Positions 12,279 through 26,166 of a DNA stretch of 64,000 nucleotides are shown here, piece after piece; the stretch's first letter is position 1; the number at the start of each line of letters is the position of its first letter. The notes under the pieces are model-generated. The model was given only the letters and a program-made list of their open reading frames with translations, ran no database searches and had not been told where the DNA came from. The stretch lies in assembly GCA_951406725.2 (NCBI GenBank), contig OX597822.1, forward strand, positions 107,136,001 through 107,200,000. The letters are read 5' to 3'. This DNA comes from Octopus vulgaris. Lineage: Eukaryota. Made by a program: the position numbers and the translations under genes.

Positions 12279-13113
12279 CAGGTATACGTGTGCGTATTTG
12301 CAAATACCTACACACACATACACACACAAATATACATTTCCACACATATATACACAAACACACACAGACAAACATTTACGGGCAAGTGAATGTACGAAAG
12401 TAGCACTCAATACATTTGGATATAGTTACACGTATTAACTAACAGCTTTACCAAGCTGCACACCACTTTAATATTCTAGGCACCGAACACGTTCACATAA
12501 TCTTGTTCTCTTTCCGAATATCTGTCAAAAATGGAGCTGTCCTACACCCAGGAATTCTTCAGGGAATATGGACCTGAGTAATACATACACACACACACAT
12601 CATAAGAATTTAGAAATTTCGAAAGCACCTGAAATAATTCAGTTCCATCGTTGGCATTCATAAGTCAAATGAGTAATAGCGTTTAAATATTGGGTTCAAA
12701 ACACTTTTGTCTTTGATATGTTTAGACATGCAAATAAATAAATGAATACACACACATTTTTCTTTGAAGGCAATGGGTTACTAAAGATGAAAACAGAAAG
12801 GAAACAAAACAAAGAAAATTAGGGTTAATTCTCTTTTAATTGTAGAAGCCATAATTAAACTAGCTGTAGAATAATTAAACGAAGAGGGATCCAAAGTCTG
12901 CGAGACATCTGGTCATTTCTGATTGGGCTGTGCTGTCCAATTCGCCAAAAGAAATTTTGTTCATGTGCTTGCATAGTCTAAGTAATTATAACCTCAAATC
13001 ATCAGGAATATAATCGGGTATACTATCAATAAACCGTTATGATCGGCTGTCTTCAAAGCAGTGATCCGGGCTCAACTGCCGGCTGACGCTGTTTGCTTCG
13101 AAAGAAAAATTTT

Positions 13114-13300
13114 GAGGCGTAGGCCTGGCTGTGTGGTAAGAAGTTTGCTTCCCAAGCACATTCCATTGCATTGCACCTTGAGCAGGTATCTTCTACTATA
13201 CCATTGGGCCGCCCAAATACTTGTGAGTGGATTAGGTGAAAGGAAACTGAAAGAAGCATGTCGTATATATTTATTTATATACCTATTTATATGTGTGTGT
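13114..13300 (+). mobile_element. SINE family C, diverged 5' half
   Basis: GGCTGTGTGGTAAG..CTTGAGCAGGTATCTTCTACTATA..GGAAACTGAAAGAAGC. Confidence 0.75.
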
Positions 13301-14465
13301 TAGAAAGCTGACACATATATTTATTCTAACCCATACTGCTCTTTATAAAGAATTTTATAAATCACTTTTTCCTATTTTTATTTAGAGATGGATAAGTCGA
13401 TAATTCGTACAGTTTTGAGTTCTTTCTTGGAAATACAACATCACAGCTCGGAATATTAATGGAGTATTCCATTCTAAAGTTATTACTCAGCTGAGAGTAT
13501 CAAATTGGTTTGCAAAATTTCGTTCTGGTAACTTTGACCTCACAACTGAGCAATGCGGTCAATCAGAAACAAAGGTGGATAATGATGAACTGAAAGACAC
13601 CGTCGAGTCAGATCCATCTCAAAGTGGTTGTAAATTATCGTCGTTGTTTGGTGTTAGCAAGCAAACATCATTGACTCACCTTGTTCAAATCGGTAAAGTG
13701 AAAAATTTGGGTAAGTGGGTTCCACATGAATTCAACGAAAATAAGAAACAGCAATGTTTGGAGCCTGCATTATGCTACTTTCTCGTCACAAAAATGTATC
13801 ATTTTTTAATCGAATTGTATCATGTGATGAGAAATGGATCCAATATAACAATCTTAAACGTTCAGCATAATGGTTCGACAAAGACGAGCCATCAAAACAC
13901 AGTCCAAAAAGCAAAATTCCTCCAAAGAAGCTGAAGGTGTGTGTTTGGGTCACTGGCGCAGGTGTGATCCATTGTGATTTCACTAAACCTGGCTCATCAA
14001 TCACGGCCGAAGTATACTGCAGTCAACTGGACCAAATGATGCAGAAACTAAAAAAACCCCCCAAAATACAGACTAGATTAGTCAACAGATCCACTTTTAT
14101 TTTATTGCTAGACAACGCCAGACCATAGATCTCAAAAATGATATTGGTGATACTACAGGAGCTCCATCATCCATCATACTCACCTGATCTTGCCTCCACT
14201 GACTATCACTTCTTCCAGAATTTGGATAACGTTTTGAGAAGAAAAAAAATCTAATTCCGACGATGCTGTAAAACAGGCCTTCCAAGATTTTATTTACTCT
14301 AGATTGCCAGTCTTTTACAGTTCCGGCGTGGATAAGCTACCGCTGAAACGGCAAAAGTGTATTGACAATATGGGGGCATACTTTGATGAATAAAACTATT
14401 CCTTGTATTTATAAAACAGAAAACGTTTCCTCTTTTCTATAAATTTCATACTTGACGATCTAATA
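13301..14465 (+). mobile_element. Decayed mariner DNA transposon; transposase pseudogene 13388-14393
   Basis: WFAKFRSGNFDL, GKWVPHEF, IVSCDEKWI, LLDNARP, HPSYSPDLASTDYHFF, NMGAYFDE*; 3' TIR-like end ..CTTGACGATCTAATA; 5' TIR not found. Confidence 0.9.
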
Positions 14466-15479
14466 ATATAAACTCCGGTAACAAACATGTGAACACCGGT
14501 AATTCTCGTGAGCTTGAACTAATCCGCCATAATAATGTAGGATCGCGTACCCGTTATAATAAATTTCATGTTTTAGATAATATTGGACGCAAGTGTTTAG
14601 ACAAAATGTCATGTCCATTTTCTGCTCGATGCCTAGCAGTATATGTGATTTATAAATGTAATGTTATGATGGAGACCAATATTAATATCTCCGTGAGAAA
14701 TACAGTGAGCAATTTTCCTAATTTCCTAGCTGTGCATGTACCACAGAAGCTGTGACAATATTCCATGACCAGTTTGCCCAAAGATTTTGCAAGTTTGTGA
14801 TGTAACACAACTACACTGCAATGGTTCATTATACAGTCTCAGTTCTGTAGGAATTGTGTGAAGTAGCTTATGCAGGGGACAAAACTATGTTGTGTGTCGA
14901 AAGCAATGCCCTCTAATTATGATACAAGGTTCTTTCATTTATCGTATACAACTTGTCAACTCAGAGAGAAAGGCAGGTACTATTTAGCATTTGATCCAAT
15001 TCCTTTCATGTGCAAAACATATATATTATGAATTCTCTCATTTGTGTCAGATATGGCGTATATCTTAATAGGAAGCTTTAAATTTACTCTCCTGTTTATA
15101 AGAGAATTTTCAGAAAATTATTTCTGCTTATTGCAGAATTTAGGTTGATATAGAATATTCCTCATTTCTGCGATGTAATGTGGGGTGCGACTTTCCAGTA
15201 AAGAACTACACGTTTGAAAATCTAACCCGTTTTATTTATTATCGAGTGTCACAGAGGAATAACGGAAAACATTTTGTAGTGTTTCCATTCAGGTTTTCCT
15301 TAACGGGTGAAAGGAGAGGATAGTGAAAGAGATAAAGTGATAACCAGAAACGCACATACACACATATATTTATAGATATCTATATTGATTTATAATAATT
15401 ATATTCAACTTAATATTCCATGGTTTCAAGCTTCATATTAAAATGTGATAATATATTTATCCTTAGATGAAACTGATTC

Positions 15480-16269
15480 AATAAATCCATCGATGCTACA
15501 ATTTAGTAAGGCACTACAACCACTACCAAACAAAATCAGATACCTACCAGAGGAAAATATTAAAAAAACACAACTTCAAAAGGATTGGAATACTAATATG
15601 ATACAACTTACCCTACAAAAATGAATAAATTTATTGCTCATCAGCAAAATCTTCCTACAGGAAAAGAGATTCCACAAGTTTTTCAACAAGCACGGCATGT
15701 GTGTGAGATTTAGTTGGGAGATATGTCTAATGTAAGAAAAAGTATTCTACAACAATGCTAATTCTTAGAACGAGAATGAACGACATGCAACTTTCGTAGA
15801 ATAGATGTCAGTTCTACAAAATTTAAATGCGGTAAAAAAGAAAAAAGCAGTTTACGGCGCCGATATATCCTCCGGCAAAACATCGGACCTGCTTTGGTTG
15901 ACAGAAAAACGGTAAAAGGAAAACATCATCAACAACGTAACTTAACATAGTAATACCACCATTACATAAATGGTATTTCCGAATCAAACTTTGAAATCAA
16001 AATACTCAGGAATAAGCAAAAGCAACATGGTGGTCGTCATAAGAAAGCACCTACATATAGAAAGACATCCAAAGTTTAAAACCTGGCGTAGGAGTGGCTG
16101 TGTGGTAAGTAGCTGGCTTACGAACCACGTTGCTCCGGGTTCAGTCCCACTGCGTGGCACCTTGGGCAAGTGTCTACTACTATAGCCTTGGGCCGACCAA
16201 AGCCTTGTGAGTAGATTTGGTGAACGGAAACTGAAAGAAGCCCGTCGTATATATGTATATATATATATT

Positions 16270-16305
<36 letters not shown>

Positions 16306-17000
16306 CGTGTGTATGTATGTGTGTGTGTCTGTGTTTGTCTCCCAACATCGCTTGACAACCGATGCTGGTGTGTTTACGTCCCCGTAACCTAGCGGTTCGG
16401 CAAAAGAGACCGATAGAATAAGTACTAGGCTTACAAAGAATAAGTTCTGGGGTCGATTTGCTCGACTAAAGGCGGTGCTCCGGCATGGCTACAGTCAAAT
16501 GACTGAGACAAGTAAAAGAGAAATTCTATAACATCTATTATTCTACGGCATTTTAAAACGAAACCAGAACTCAGCATAAGGCAACACGCCAAAGTTCTTG
16601 TTCAGTAACTTCGAAGTAGTGCCACTCGCGGGTGCGGGATGGAAAAGATGAAAAAGAAAATCAAGAACGTCGGGATTATATGTGCCATCACCCGACCAAT
16701 CATATGTTGGATCAGGGCACGAGTCACATGATTCACTACGAACTAATCCTAAAGCAGAACCGTTTCTAGATTCTTCTCAAATGAACTGGTATCATCAACA
16801 ACGTTCTTAATCGTGTTAAGGTTCGCCTGACAAAGAATACAATCAATTAATCAACCTATTTCCATTAATTCCGATTCACCGACAGTTACCAGGAGTCTAA
16901 AGTAACACTAGTCCCAAGAAGGTGTTACGTGTGAAGAAGCAATCCTGTTTATCGAGACACAGCAGTAACATATTCTTACTCACTTCTAATAAAATTATAT
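15480..17000 (+). pseudogene. Highly decayed second PLE (RT C-terminus/GIY-YIG/3' end) interrupted by SINE C
   Basis: ILI*YNLPY, LLISKIFLQEKRFHKFFNKH..VRFS, TCNFRR, AVYGADI, GLTEK, KPELS; AATAAA at ~16988. Confidence 0.55.
16085..16521 (+). mobile_element. SINE family C, full length
   Basis: Matches family C along its length. Confidence 0.9.
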
Positions 17001-17040
17001 TTTGAAACAAAACAGAACTGCTGTAAATTTCATCGAAATA

Positions 17041-17181
17041 TCTACCTACCTACCTACCTACTTAATTACCTACCTACCTACCTGCCTACCTACCTACCTA
17101 CAAACCTACCTACCTACCTACCTACCTACCTACCTACCTACCTACCTACCTACCTACCTACCTACCTACCTACCTACCTAC

Positions 17182-17240
<59 letters not shown>
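17041..17240. repeat. (CCTA)n-(CTAT)n tetranucleotide microsatellite
   Basis: Directly visible. Confidence 0.95.
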
Positions 17241-17286
17241 ACTGTCTAGCTATATCTGTCTATCTGACTGACTTCATGAGTATATA

Positions 17287-17325
<39 letters not shown>

Positions 17326-17404
17326 TGAAAAAACAAGTCAAGATAGAAAATCCTAAAATAATTTTATAAAGAACATTTCAGTACCGGTTTCAGTCATTTG
17401 AGAC

Positions 17405-17466
<62 letters not shown>

Positions 17467-17491
17467 TATACATATATATACATATATATCA

Positions 17492-17536
<45 letters not shown>

Positions 17537-17593
17537 ACATATATATATTTTTTTTCTAGTTTTAGCTCAGAGCTGCGGCCATGCTGATGCACA

Positions 17594-17651
<58 letters not shown>

Positions 17652-17652
17652 T

Positions 17653-17689
<37 letters not shown>

Positions 17690-18105
17690 CATACACATAC
17701 ACACACACGCACACACATATACCTAGGTTCTGTTCATTGAAAGGTGACTTGTGGTGTGAATGAAACTTTGATAATGTAATGACTGTATTAAGTGGATGTA
17801 TGTGTTAAAATGAAGAGAGAGAGGTCAAAGGAAAAGGCTAGAAAAGGAGAGGAAGAGGGAGGGAAAGTGAAAATAAGAGGACAAAATGAAAATGCGTAAG
17901 GAAGTAAAAAAAGTATAAAGGAGTGTAACTTGGTGGTCAAGATATTAAGAGGGGGGATAGGAAAGGAGTAGGTGAGGGATAGGAAGAGTTAAGAATGTAA
18001 GTAATGAAGAAGTGTGAGGTGGGGTGACATGTTAGAATGTCATTAAGGGATGGGTACAGAAAAAGGGTACAGGAGGAGGGGTTTCTAAAGGGAGTAGTAA
18101 ACCAC

Positions 18106-18441
18106 GTCGCGGTTTCGATTCCCAGACCGGGCGTTGTGAGTGTTTATTGAGCGAAAACACCTAAAAGCTCCACCAGGCTCTGGCAGGAGATGGTGGTGAT
18201 CCCTGCTGCACTGTTTCACCATAACTTTCTCTCACTCTTACTTCCTGTTTCTGTTGTACCTTGTATTTCAAGGGGCCGGCCTTGTCACTCTCCGTGTCAC
18301 GCTGAATATCCCCGAGAACTACGTTAAGGGTACACGTGTCTGTAGAGTGCTCAGCCACTTACACGTTAATTTCACGAGAAGGCTGTTCCGTTGATTCGGA
18401 TCAACCGGAACCCTCATCGTCGTAACCCACGGAGTGCTTCC
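18106..18441 (+). mobile_element. SINE family B type 1, 5'-truncated, with 10-bp TSD
   Basis: TSD AGTAAACCAC at 18096-18105 and 18442-18451. Confidence 0.9.
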
Positions 18442-18809
18442 AGTAAACCACAAGAAACGAAAGGGAAGAATACTAAGAATGGTCAAGTTTCTGTAGATAG
18501 ACTTATGTGTTTATTCTGCTGGCTAATGTGATTGTGTATGTAGAGGGATAAGAGAGAAAGGAAGAAATAAGTGTATATTGATATACGCACTCACACGTAT
18601 ATATATATATACTCTGAAGTTACAACATCTAAGCGGTATCTGTAGAAATTTTCTGTATGTTCTGACGCAATAAAGTCGGGGGCGTATACACCTGCAGTTA
18701 TGCCCTTTTATTTATATGATCTTTTCATTTCATGTATATTTCATTCATTATTAGCAATGTCATCTCTGCTCTGTCTGTCTGTCTGTCTGTCTCTCTGTCT
18801 CTCTTTCTC

Positions 18810-18845
<36 letters not shown>

Positions 18846-19187
18846 ACACACACACAATGCAAAGCTTCCAGATGGGTTGCTGAATTGAAATCTCTATGTT
18901 GCTTTGAGGGGAAGGTAAAACTTAACAAACTGTTCCCCTCCGTAGTTGGAGTACCTTGATGTTTGTTTTAAAAAGGGAGATTATGACTATGATAAAACAA
19001 TGAAAGCAATATTTACTAAGAAAGTGAGCACTATCATACAAAATAAATAAACGTAAAATATCACAAAAAATATTAGAATTGGGAATCAAATGTGAAAATA
19101 TTCACAAGCGGCCAGCAGGAAACCGCCCGGAGGACGGTCTTCATACTAGAATTGTATAATATAGATATAATATGAATACTATATATG

Positions 19188-19383
<196 letters not shown>

Positions 19384-19865
19384 CATACATATATATATAT
19401 AATGTTAGGGTGTGCGTGTGTCGGCATGCGTGTACGGCTGCGTGTGAGTGTCTATCTGTGCGTGTAAGTGCATTCGCGTGTGTTCGTATTATTTTCTCAT
19501 GTTATTACGTCACGAACAAAAAAGCAGTAACCAATCAGAAAATGAAATGCAATTCTATACTTATGCATTTGGCAATTTTAAAAGGGATTAAAAAATAAAT
19601 TTAACTCAATAACTAAAGGCAAAAATATATAAGTACGACGACAATAACAGCAAGAACATCATCACCGTCAGCATCATGAAATCTACAAAATCCAAAACAG
19701 AAACATCGACAAGAGATAACAACACAACCAAAGCACCATCACAATCAACAACAACAACGTCAACAACAAATACGAAACATGAAACTATAGACTCTGTATG
19801 CAACACGAAACGCTGGGGCCTCAACAGGGACAACATCGCCGCCGCCGCCGACTCCACAATTCCCC

Positions 19866-19915
19866 AATACTACTAATACTACTACTACTACTATACTACT
19901 ACTACAACTACTACA

Positions 19916-19957
<42 letters not shown>

Positions 19958-20123
19958 GCTGCTGCTATTTCTGCTGCTGCTGCTGCTGTTACATCAACAG
20001 CAACTACTATCCTTACTACTACTACTACTACTACTACTAACACTACTACTACTACTACTACTAGTACTACTACTACTACTACTACTACTACTAGTACTAC
20101 TGCTGCTACTACTACAACTACTG

Positions 20124-20168
<45 letters not shown>

Positions 20169-20235
20169 TTTCTGCTGTTGCTGCTGTTACATCAACAGCA
20201 ACTACTAGCCTTACTACTACTAGTACTACTACTAC

Positions 20236-20278
<43 letters not shown>

Positions 20279-20293
20279 GCTGCTGCTAAAGCA

Positions 20294-20329
<36 letters not shown>

Positions 20330-20452
20330 GCCACTGCTGCTGTTGTTGCTGCTACTACTGTTGCCCCTGCCAGAACAGCAGCAAAGCAACAACACCACCA
20401 ACAACAACTACCACCACCACCACCACCACCACCACCACTACTACTATAACCA
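19866..20452. repeat. Compound (CTA)n/(CTG)n/(CAC)n trinucleotide array with internal ~200-bp duplication
   Basis: Unit CTATTTCTGCTG..GTTACATCAACAGCAACTACTA occurs at ~19964 and ~20165. Confidence 0.9.
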
Positions 20453-20798
20453 TAAGAACAGCTATAATAAACACCATCACAGACCTACGTAATGAAACGA
20501 GACGCTGAAAACAAGATTTTGAAAGATAATAAAATTTTGCTCTGAATAGAATTATCACAGTATTCGAAAAACGGAAATGGTTCTTTAAGTTAAAAATCGA
20601 TAAACGAATTTCTTTTATTTTACTTTATAATTATAGATATTTGAGAATAACATTTATAAAATTGCAAGATTTCGGCGGGGAGTGAGGATAACATTTCTTT
20701 AATTGTTCAATAGAATCAAAAGGAAAAAAAAATGTCTATCTCTAACATATATAAATATGTATATATATACACATATGTATGTGCGTATGTGTATATGC

Positions 20799-20834
<36 letters not shown>

Positions 20835-20851
20835 CATATATATATATATAT

Positions 20852-20932
<81 letters not shown>

Positions 20933-21034
20933 CATGTACATATATAAATATATATATATATAATGTACATATATACATATGCATACATACACACACACGA
21001 ACACACACACATATATATACATCTATGCGTGTGG

Positions 21035-21095
<61 letters not shown>

Positions 21096-22229
21096 ATGTA
21101 TATGTGTCTATGTGTACATATGTATGTGTATGTATGTATAGATACATATACGTAGTAATGTATATACACACACAACAAACTCACATACATACATGTATTT
21201 GCACCTCTTGGCGTATTCTCATCTATTGTACATATATACACACATACACACAAATTCTCATGCCTTCTAACATATACGCATGTGTATGTGTTTTAAGATC
21301 AATACAACGAAATATGCACATCAACACATCTCTCAATTTAATTAGACATCCGTATTTTAGCTCATACAATTATCGTTCCGTTCGTATTCCATACGGTAGA
21401 GTGGCGGAAATGTGTGTACAACGATGGTGCACAATAACAAATTCTTATTCTTTTTTTTTTCCCATTCTCTGTTCTGCGCACCATAGTGGAACATTGTTTT
21501 CCGCCATATTGTCTACAGTTCATAAATGAAATTTCTTTTCGCTTTGTTTTTATTTCATTCTCCTTAGTGTCAATGAAAAGATGGTTGATGAAACCAAGCT
21601 TGTAGTGGAGGTAGTCTGAGATTAAACTATGCATTTCTTCTACGTTATTGATTATCGATTATTGAAGATCACCCACGTCCACGTGGCTAATGCAATTGCC
21701 AAACGGCACCTGAGTTTGGATTACGACTACAAATCTTTTCAGAGCGTGCTGAAAATTATGACTGTGCGAACCTATTGAGGGAGCTTCTGAGAAGCTCGAC
21801 CTTCTGGTAGTAACAACCAAATATCTGTCAGATAACATCCAGATGTCGTTGAGATAAGATACATTAATTTGGAGCTGCAAAATTGATAAATAGAATATTG
21901 ACTTTCTGTATAGTATTTTGTTATTCCACTTGGAGCACGTCGTTGCTAGAAACTTACGACTTATTTATTTCTTAGTTACTTAATGTCACATAAATCAAAG
22001 CTAGACACCATTCTCGCAAGCGACACAAGTTTGTGAATGGACAGAGAAGAACAGGTTAATATAGAGTTGTTTTCGTTTTAGCTCTCAAGTCAGCTACGAA
22101 TGAGCAGATCTATAATAATGACAGGAAGCTGTCTGGGGAAAATAAATAGCTCTTCATATTTAACCACACTGCAAACACGCTACTCTAGCTCCCCCTAGTA
22201 TTGTCTTTAATATTTTACCTCCTCTTTAA

Positions 22230-22545
22230 GGCGACGAGCTTAGCTAGCAGAATCGTTAGCACGACAGATAAAATACTTAGCAGTGTTTCGTCTGCCGTTA
22301 CGTTCTGAGTTCAAATTCCGCCGAGGTAGACTTTGCCTTTCATCCTTTCGGGGTCGATTAAATAAGTACCAGCTACGCACTGGGGTCGATATAATTGACT
22401 TAATCCCTTTGTCTGGCCTTGTTTATCCTCTTTGTGTTTAGCCCCTTGTGGGTAGTAAAGAAATAGGTATTTCGTCTGCCGTTACATTCTGAGTTCAAAT
22501 TCCGCCGTGGTCGACTTTGCCTTTCATGCTTTCGAGCTCGATGGA
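22230..22545 (+). mobile_element. SINE family A, full unit plus partial tandem second unit
   Basis: Second unit restarts at AAATAG|GTATTTCGTCTGCC (~22466). Confidence 0.85.
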
Positions 22546-22860
22546 TTCGTCTGACTTTTCCCTCGTAATTACTGGGTTCCATTTTGGGAGCTTCTAAGCA
22601 GTAACTCGACCTATTGTCAGATTTTGGTTGTTACTACTAGTAGATCAATTTACTGCTTAGAGCTCCCTCAATAAGTTTAGCCTCCCCTTTTCTGTCTAAA
22701 CGGCATATTATTTAAATTTGAATTCCAGCTTCGGGTGTAATATTTTTTTAACTTCCACTACTTGCCCTGCACTTTTTCAAGTTCAGTTAAGAATATTATC
22801 ATACTTATTGTGTTGATGTATCTCAGCCGATATGGATAGAATATAGAAAGGTAATATATA

Positions 22861-23272
22861 TTTGTTTACTACCCACAAGGGGCTAAACTTAAAAGGGACA
22901 AACAATGACAGACAAAGGGATTAAGTCGATTACATCGACCCCAGTGCGAAACTGGTAATTTATTTATCGACCCCGAAAGGATGAAGGGCAAAGACGACCT
23001 CGGCAGAATTCGAACTCAGAACCTAACAGCAGACGAAATACCTATTTCTTTCCTACCCACGAGGGGCTAAACATAGAGAGGACAAACAAGAACAGACAAA
23101 CGGATTAAGTCGATTACATCGACCCCAGTGCGTAACTGGTACTTAATTTATCGACTCCGAAAGGATGGAAGGCAAAGTCGACCTCGGCGGAATTTGAACA
23201 CAGAACGTAACGACAGACGAAATACCGCTAAGCATTTCGCCCGGCGCGCTAACGTTTCTGCCAGCTCGCCGT
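22861..23272 (-). mobile_element. SINE family A dimer
   Basis: Same dimer junction (GACGAAATAC|CTATTTCTT at ~23041) as the copy at 22230. Confidence 0.85.
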
Positions 23273-23638
23273 CTATAAAAAGATGATATAGTAACATAGA
23301 TAGTAGGAGAGGTTAGGAAGGCAAAGAAGGAGAGAGAAATAAAAGAAAAGAAAACAAGATAAACGACAAGAAACAGTAGAAAAAGAGGAAGGAAATGTTT
23401 ATTTTTCCGTAATAGATTTATAGATATAAAAGTTTGAAGTGGTTATGGATGTAAGAGATTAAAGATATATAAAAGGTTTATGGATATACAAGTAGATATA
23501 AAAGTAGATAAGTAGATAGATAGACAGGTAGATTGGTAGGTCCAAAGATAGATGAATAGATAGATCCTTCGATCGATAGATTGATAGATAGATTGATAGA
23601 TAAGATAGAGGTATAGATAGACGGACAAACAGACAGAC

Positions 23639-23696
<58 letters not shown>

Positions 23697-23778
23697 ACAA
23701 ACAGACAGATAAATGATGGATGGGTTGGTCGATAGGCAAGTACATAGAGAGAGAGAGAGGTGTAGTAACGGAGGGATG

Positions 23779-23842
<64 letters not shown>

Positions 23843-23852
23843 TATAGAGAGA

Positions 23853-23987
23853 GTTTACTGTATATGTGACGTGTGGTCTGTAGGGTTAGGGCTCCCATCT
23901 CATTGTTAGTGGGGGTGAAACACGGCACTGGGTGATGTAGCCTTGTGGAAATGTTCCTTTACTCTAAGGTGGCCTTGTCGTCGATCC
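23853..23987 (-). mobile_element. Possible Tx1-type LINE 3' scrap between (GATA)n and (CTAT)n
   Basis: Minus strand GACGACAAGGCCACCTTAGAG (RIDDKATLE*) resembles the ORF2 end of the Tx1 at ~58115 (RMNDEATLS). Confidence 0.35.
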
Positions 23988-24026
23988 TATCTATCTATGT
24001 CGCTCCGCAAGAGTATCTATCTATCA

Positions 24027-24092
<66 letters not shown>

Positions 24093-24151
24093 ATGTCTGT
24101 CTGTATTTCTATCTGTTTGTCTGTCCGTCTGCCCGACTGTCCTTATGTCTG

Positions 24152-24210
<59 letters not shown>

Positions 24211-24211
24211 G

Positions 24212-24246
<35 letters not shown>

Positions 24247-24868
24247 GTAATCTCTCTCTCTCTCCCTCTCCCTCTAACTCTGTATCTCTTTGTCTATCTG
24301 TCTGTGTGTCTGTTGTTTCAAGGCTATTCAGTAGAACACTTTCCGATGTCCGAAGTTTTTCAATAATGAGAAGGAACCCAAATCCATGTTAACAGCAAAG
24401 AAAACTTGTTCATTTTCCGGCAGCTACACCCGATCGTACTTTATTAAATTAGATTCTAGCAGAATGAAGTTGTACATTGTAAGCTATGTGGGAAAAAAAA
24501 TCAAAATCGCTACTGCTTTTTACGCAATACATACGTCCAATATTCTTTACATCATAGCGTTCATCATTCTAATAAGCATTTAGTATAAACGTGTGAATCC
24601 GAAACATGTAGATGAAGTGAATTTAGTACAAACACGCAGCATATAATCGATAGATATGCAAGATTAGCCAAAGAAATAGATTAATACAGCTGATGCATGT
24701 AGATATTTATCATTAAGTGATTGTGGTCTTCGTCAGTATCACAATCATTATAATCTTATAATCTCATAGAGAAATGCACGTTAGTTTTTACTGTGATAAC
24801 GGTATTAACTTTAACTTGGATCCCATTACAAGATATTTAAGCTAGCAATCAGCTGCGTATTTAGATGG

Positions 24869-24939
<71 letters not shown>

Positions 24940-24941
<2 letters not shown>

Positions 24942-25088
24942 AGAGTAAACACATAAATGTGAAACAAGGTGGAGAAAAGTGTACTCAAATACCAGTGGTA
25001 GAGTAATATGCTTTATTTAAAGCAGCAGAAAATTCAACAAAACCTGTTACTCTGAGTTTCCCGTTTCCGTTCGTCGGACAGTTTTTGC
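24940..25088 (-). mobile_element. Family G repeat (single arm) with hammerhead motif at 25044-25081
   Basis: cugu-CCGACGA..GAAACUCAGAGUA-acag, then AATAAAGCATATTACTCT as at 9365; (TA)n on both sides. Confidence 0.7.
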
Positions 25089-25115
25089 TATATATATATA
25101 TACATATATATATAT

Positions 25116-25333
25116 GGAGGCGCAATGACCTAGTGGTTAGGGCAGCGGACTCGCGGTTGTAGGATCGCGATTTCGATTCTCAGACCGGGCGTTGTGAGTG
25201 TTTATTGAGCGAAAACACCTAAAGCTCCACGAGGCTCCGGCAGGGGGTGGTGGCGATCCCTGCTGTACTCTTTCGCCACAACTTTCTCTCATTCTTTCTT
25301 CTGTTGGCCTGCTCTGATAGCCTGGTCGGTCAC
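25116..25333 (+). mobile_element. SINE family B type 2, internally deleted
   Basis: Family B head; tail CTGATAGCCTGGTCGGTCAC. Confidence 0.85.
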
Positions 25334-25825
25334 CAATCTCTCTCTCTCGCTCTATCTATCTCATCTACACACAAACACATACACAAATACATACACGTAT
25401 ATATAAAGATAGAGATATTAGTGAATACACTCACACGCACACACAGTGACTATTACTAAATTCAGGCCACGACAGACAGAGAGGATGTTCTTGAAGCAGA
25501 GAATGTGAACTTCTGGAGACAATATCTACGTATCACCTGAGGAAACACAACTAGATCCCATAATGTAGGGAAACAGTGGCAAAACAAGTACATGCTCGTT
25601 GAAAGAACTACGGTGCGTGGAAACAATTGTAGTGATCAAAAAATAAAAGTCCAACCGTATTCCTTGTTGTTGACTCAAAATTTTTTCAAGTATGTATTCA
25701 CCTACGACAGATGCCCAAACGCAAACTGGAAGTACGGATGATACTACTACTGGATAGCACAGGATGAAATCTGAAGGTGGACAAGCTTTATACTGTACTC
25801 TACTACGTAGTCTACATATATATAT

Positions 25826-26133
25826 GGAGGTGCAATGGTTCAGTGGTTAGGGCAGCGGACTCGCGGTCGTAGGATCGCGGTTTCGATTGCCAGACCGGGC
25901 AATGTGGGTGTTTATTGAGCGAAACACCTAAAGCTCCACGAGGCTCCGACAGGGAGTGTTGGCTATCCCTGTTGTAGTCTTTCGCCACAACTTTCTCTCA
26001 CTCTTTCTTCTGTTGGCCTAGTCGCTTAGCCAGCGGGGTGGCGTCTTTTGAAGGTTAAAACAATGCGAAGCGCATTGTGACCAGCGATGTGTAGCAATAT
26101 CTGATAGTCTGGTCGCTCACGACGATCATGGTG

Positions 26134-26136
<3 letters not shown>
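25826..26136 (+). mobile_element. SINE family B type 2
   Basis: Family B head; tail GCGCATTGTGACCAGCGATGTGTAGCAA..CTGATAG. Confidence 0.85.
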
Positions 26137-26166
<30 letters not shown>

